Of a stretch of 64,000 bases of DNA, positions 61,903 through 64,000 are shown in pieces. This stretch comes from an uncultured Bacteroidales bacterium (GTDB lineage Bacteria; Bacteroidota; Bacteroidia; Bacteroidales; UBA932). The DNA is taken from positions 688-64,687 of the forward strand of contig CANRID010000009.1 of NCBI GenBank assembly GCA_947630665.1. The letters run 5' to 3'. Below the pieces are notes generated by a model. That model made no database searches. It saw only the letters and a list, made by a program, of their open reading frames with translations, and had not been told where the DNA came from. How positions within the stretch are numbered: the first letter of the stretch is position 1; each line of letters begins with the position of its first letter. The position numbers and the translations under genes were made by a program.

Positions 61903-63108
61903 ATGAAAGATAGACGAATGGAACAGAAAGAATTGCATACTGCGAAAGAAGACAGGGATATGTCATCAGAAGGATATCGGGAATCAAGTCCGGGCAATGC
62001 GGATATGGGCGAACAGGAGATCGATTTAGTGGAAATTATCCGGAAGTTGTGGACCAACAAGAAGTTGATTATCCGGGTAACGGTGGTATCGATGGTATTG
62101 GGTGTGTTGGTAGCGTTGTTGAGCGCGAAGGAATATACGGCGGGGTGTACGATGGTCCCTCAGACCTCGGATAAGAATGGGGGTGGCAGCGTGACACGGT
62201 TGCTATCCCAGTTCGGAATGGGGAGTATAGAAAGTGTGGGAGCGGTGCTTTCTCCGAAAGTGTATTCGAAGATCTTGGGGAGCGTTCCGTTCAGGAAGGA
62301 AGTCATGTACACCCCGTTGCGTTTCGAGAAATGGGATGAGCCGATCACGTTAGTGGAGTACTATACGGACAGTCTGTACCGGAAATTCAGTCTGGGCCAG
62401 GCGATCCTGAAATACACGGTGGGTCTGCCGGGGGTGTTGTTGGATGCAATCCGGGGAAAACAGGAGGAACCGGACTATCCGGAGGAAGTGGCAGGACCTT
62501 ATTTAGAGAGATACAGTCTGGAGGAATATGCGTGTTCAAAGATGATCGAAAACATAGTCACGCTGGATCTGAACGACAAGGACGGCTATCTGTCGTTGAC
62601 GGTGGCCATGCCGGAACCGTATGTGGCGGCGCAACTGGCGGAAAAGATACAGATGCTGTTGCAGAAATATATAACGGAGTTCAAGGTGGAGAAGGTGCAG
62701 TCGAATCTGGACTTTGTACAGGAGCGCTATGACGAGGCGAAAAGGGAGTTCGAACAGATCCAGGGAGAACGGGCGGCGTTCCGGGATGCGAACAAGAACA
62801 TCACTTCGGCGAGAGCATTGACGGAGCAGGAGAAATTGGATACGCGGTATAACCTGGCGCTGGGTGTGTACAGCGAGCTGGCCAAACAATTGGAACAGGC
62901 CAAGATACAGGTGAAGGAGACAACGCCGATCCTGACGGTTGTCGATCCGGTATCGATTCCGATAGAACGCTCAAAACCGAAACGGGGGCTGATATGCATC
63001 ATGTTCACCTTCTTGGGGTTTTGCGTGGGCGCGGGCTTAGTATTGGGCCTTCCTGCCCTCTCCCAGATGACAGGAAATGAGAAATTGAGGAAATGGGTTA
63101 AAGACTGA
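61903..63108 (+). CDS. chain-length determinant (Wzz-type) protein
   Basis: EIDLVEIIRKLWTNKKLI plus TM1, a periplasmic coiled-coil region, and a C-terminal TM (LICIMFTFLGFCVGAGLVLGL). The start could be as late as ATG 62005. Confidence 0.82.
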   Translation: MKDRRMEQKELHTAKEDRDMSSEGYRESSPGNADMGEQEIDLVEIIRKLWTNKKLIIRVTVVSMVLGVLVALLSAKEYTAGCTMVPQTSDKNGGGSVTRLLSQFGMGSIESVGAVLSPKVYSKILGSVPFRKEVMYTPLRFEKWDEPITLVEYYTDSLYRKFSLGQAILKYTVGLPGVLLDAIRGKQEEPDYPEEVAGPYLERYSLEEYACSKMIENIVTLDLNDKDGYLSLTVAMPEPYVAAQLAEKIQMLLQKYITEFKVEKVQSNLDFVQERYDEAKREFEQIQGERAAFRDANKNITSARALTEQEKLDTRYNLALGVYSELAKQLEQAKIQVKETTPILTVVDPVSIPIERSKPKRGLICIMFTFLGFCVGAGLVLGLPALSQMTGNEKLRKWVKD

Positions 63109-63152
63109 GCCGGATTCCCCGGACAGAAAAACTCCCGGTCCGGAAGTCATAT

Positions 63153-63205
63153 CTGCAAAAAAATATCCCCGTTAGAGCAAGCTCCGGCGGGGATTATTTC
63201 TTGTT
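63153..63205. terminator. bidirectional terminator between the convergent wzz and sugar-transferase genes
   Basis: 7-bp stem ATCCCCG (63165-63171) / CGGGGAT (63188-63194), flanked by an A7 run on the left (T7 on the minus strand) and TATTTCTTGTTATTTT on the right. Confidence 0.6.
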
Positions 63206-63917
63206 ATTTTGCTATAATTTCCTTGAAGGTCTTGAAAATTAATCCGATGTCGAACCAAAAGGAGTGGCAGGCGACATATTCGAGATTGATGCGCAGCTTG
63301 TCGGGCAGGATGACCTCGACGTAGTATCTGTCGGGGTCGGCTGCTTGCGCCAACAGTTCGTTCTCGTTGCGGTAGCGTATTGACGCCAGATCGGTAATGC
63401 CCGGCCGTACGTCCAAGACGTGCAACTGCTCGGGTGTGTACATATCGACGTATTTCCGTACTTCGGGGCGCGGCCCCACAAGGCTCATGTCGCCGATGAA
63501 GACGTTGATCAGCTGCGGCAGTTCGTCGAGCTTGTATTTGCGTATGAAATACCCCGACCTCGTAATGCGCGGGTCGTGTCCGCCCACCGTAATCAGTCCC
63601 TGCCGGTCTGCACCTACGTGCATCGAGCGGAACTTATACAGCCGAAAATCCCGGTTGTGGCGTCCCACCCGTGTCTGCCGGTAAAAGACCGGGCCTGCGG
63701 AATCGAGTTTTATCCAGACGGCAAGCAGCAAAAACAACGGACTTAACACAAGCAGTCCGCAACCGCTTGCCACCACATCGAAAAGACGTTTCAAAAGAAT
63801 ACTGTTATGAATGGGAAAGGAGATCGATGAAATTCGTGATGACGTACTCCACGTCTTCGTCCGAAAGACGGGTGTGCAACGGAAGGGTGATTTCGTTGCG
63901 ATACTGGTTGTAGGCAT
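63204..63917 (-). CDS. small monotopic sugar-phosphate transferase (bacterial sugar transferase, PglC/WcfS-like)
   Basis: KRLFDVVASGCGLLVLSPLFLLLAVWIKLDSAGPVFYRQTRVG, LYKFRSM, DELPQL, VGPRP, PGITDLASI. The longest ORF overlaps the upstream gene by 113 nt, so the true start is probably near 63794 (TTG). Confidence 0.85.
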   Translation of the reverse strand: MPTTSIATKSPFRCTPVFRTKTWSTSSRISSISFPIHNSILLKRLFDVVASGCGLLVLSPLFLLLAVWIKLDSAGPVFYRQTRVGRHNRDFRLYKFRSMHVGADRQGLITVGGHDPRITRSGYFIRKYKLDELPQLINVFIGDMSLVGPRPEVRKYVDMYTPEQLHVLDVRPGITDLASIRYRNENELLAQAADPDRYYVEVILPDKLRINLEYVACHSFWFDIGLIFKTFKEIIAK

Positions 63918-64000
63918 TGGGATAGTCGGCGATGTCGAAGCCCAATGCCTTGTATGCCGTCATCATCGGCAGCGGTTTGTAGTGGACGTTGCAGGCAATG
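63805..64000 (-). CDS. DegT/DnrJ/EryC1/StrS-family sugar aminotransferase, C-terminal 64 codons (gene continues past right edge)
   Basis: Manual reverse translation gives IACNVHYKPLPMMTAYKALGFDIADYPNAYNQYRNEITLPLHTRLSDEDVEYVITNFIDLLSHS*. This is the typical C-terminus of the family (HYxPL...P.A......ITLPLH..L...D). Confidence 0.8.
   Translation of the reverse strand, partial: IACNVHYKPLPMMTAYKALGFDIADYPNAYNQYRNEITLPLHTRLSDEDVEYVITNFIDLLSHS

Overview
This is a 64-kb, gene-dense chromosomal segment that looks like a Bacteroidota (Bacteroidales-type) genome. Supporting signs are TAnnTTTG '-7' promoter boxes in front of many genes and tRNAs, very short or absent mRNA leaders, a UpxY (NusG-like) antiterminator heading a polysaccharide locus, and typical Bacteroidales gene families. 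I call about 50 protein genes, nearly all housekeeping: nadD-gmk, fba, grpE-dnaJ, anmK, rplS, a ROK glucokinase with a sugar MFS transporter, cls, ubiE/menG, gyrB, ftsE, nth, xerD, guaA, typA, yceD-rpmF-plsX-fabH, a DEAD helicase, hydF-hydE, ppdK, purL and folC. There are five tRNAs: Arg-ACG, Leu-GAG, Arg-CCT and two tandem Val-TAC. The right end holds a polysaccharide locus, upxY-wza-capD-wzz, converging on an aminotransferase plus a small sugar-phosphate transferase. I saw no CRISPR array, transposase, prophage or clear multi-gene defence system, so I cannot point to a convincing wholly new system. The most unusual items are as follows. (1) A low-GC single-gene insertion encodes an AAA+/DUF4143 ATPase between ppdK and a PIN-PhoH gene, flanked by phased TGTTGTACA repeats and an 11-bp inverted repeat. 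(2) An alpha-oxoamine-synthase-family gene followed by an SDR reductase could be a sphingoid or sulfonolipid long-chain-base module. (3) Several housekeeping enzymes carry low-complexity insertions. (4) A promoter-tRNA-Val-trailer cassette is tandemly duplicated. (5) The capsule locus has an unusual convergent layout. All family assignments come from reading motifs by eye; no searches or alignments were run.
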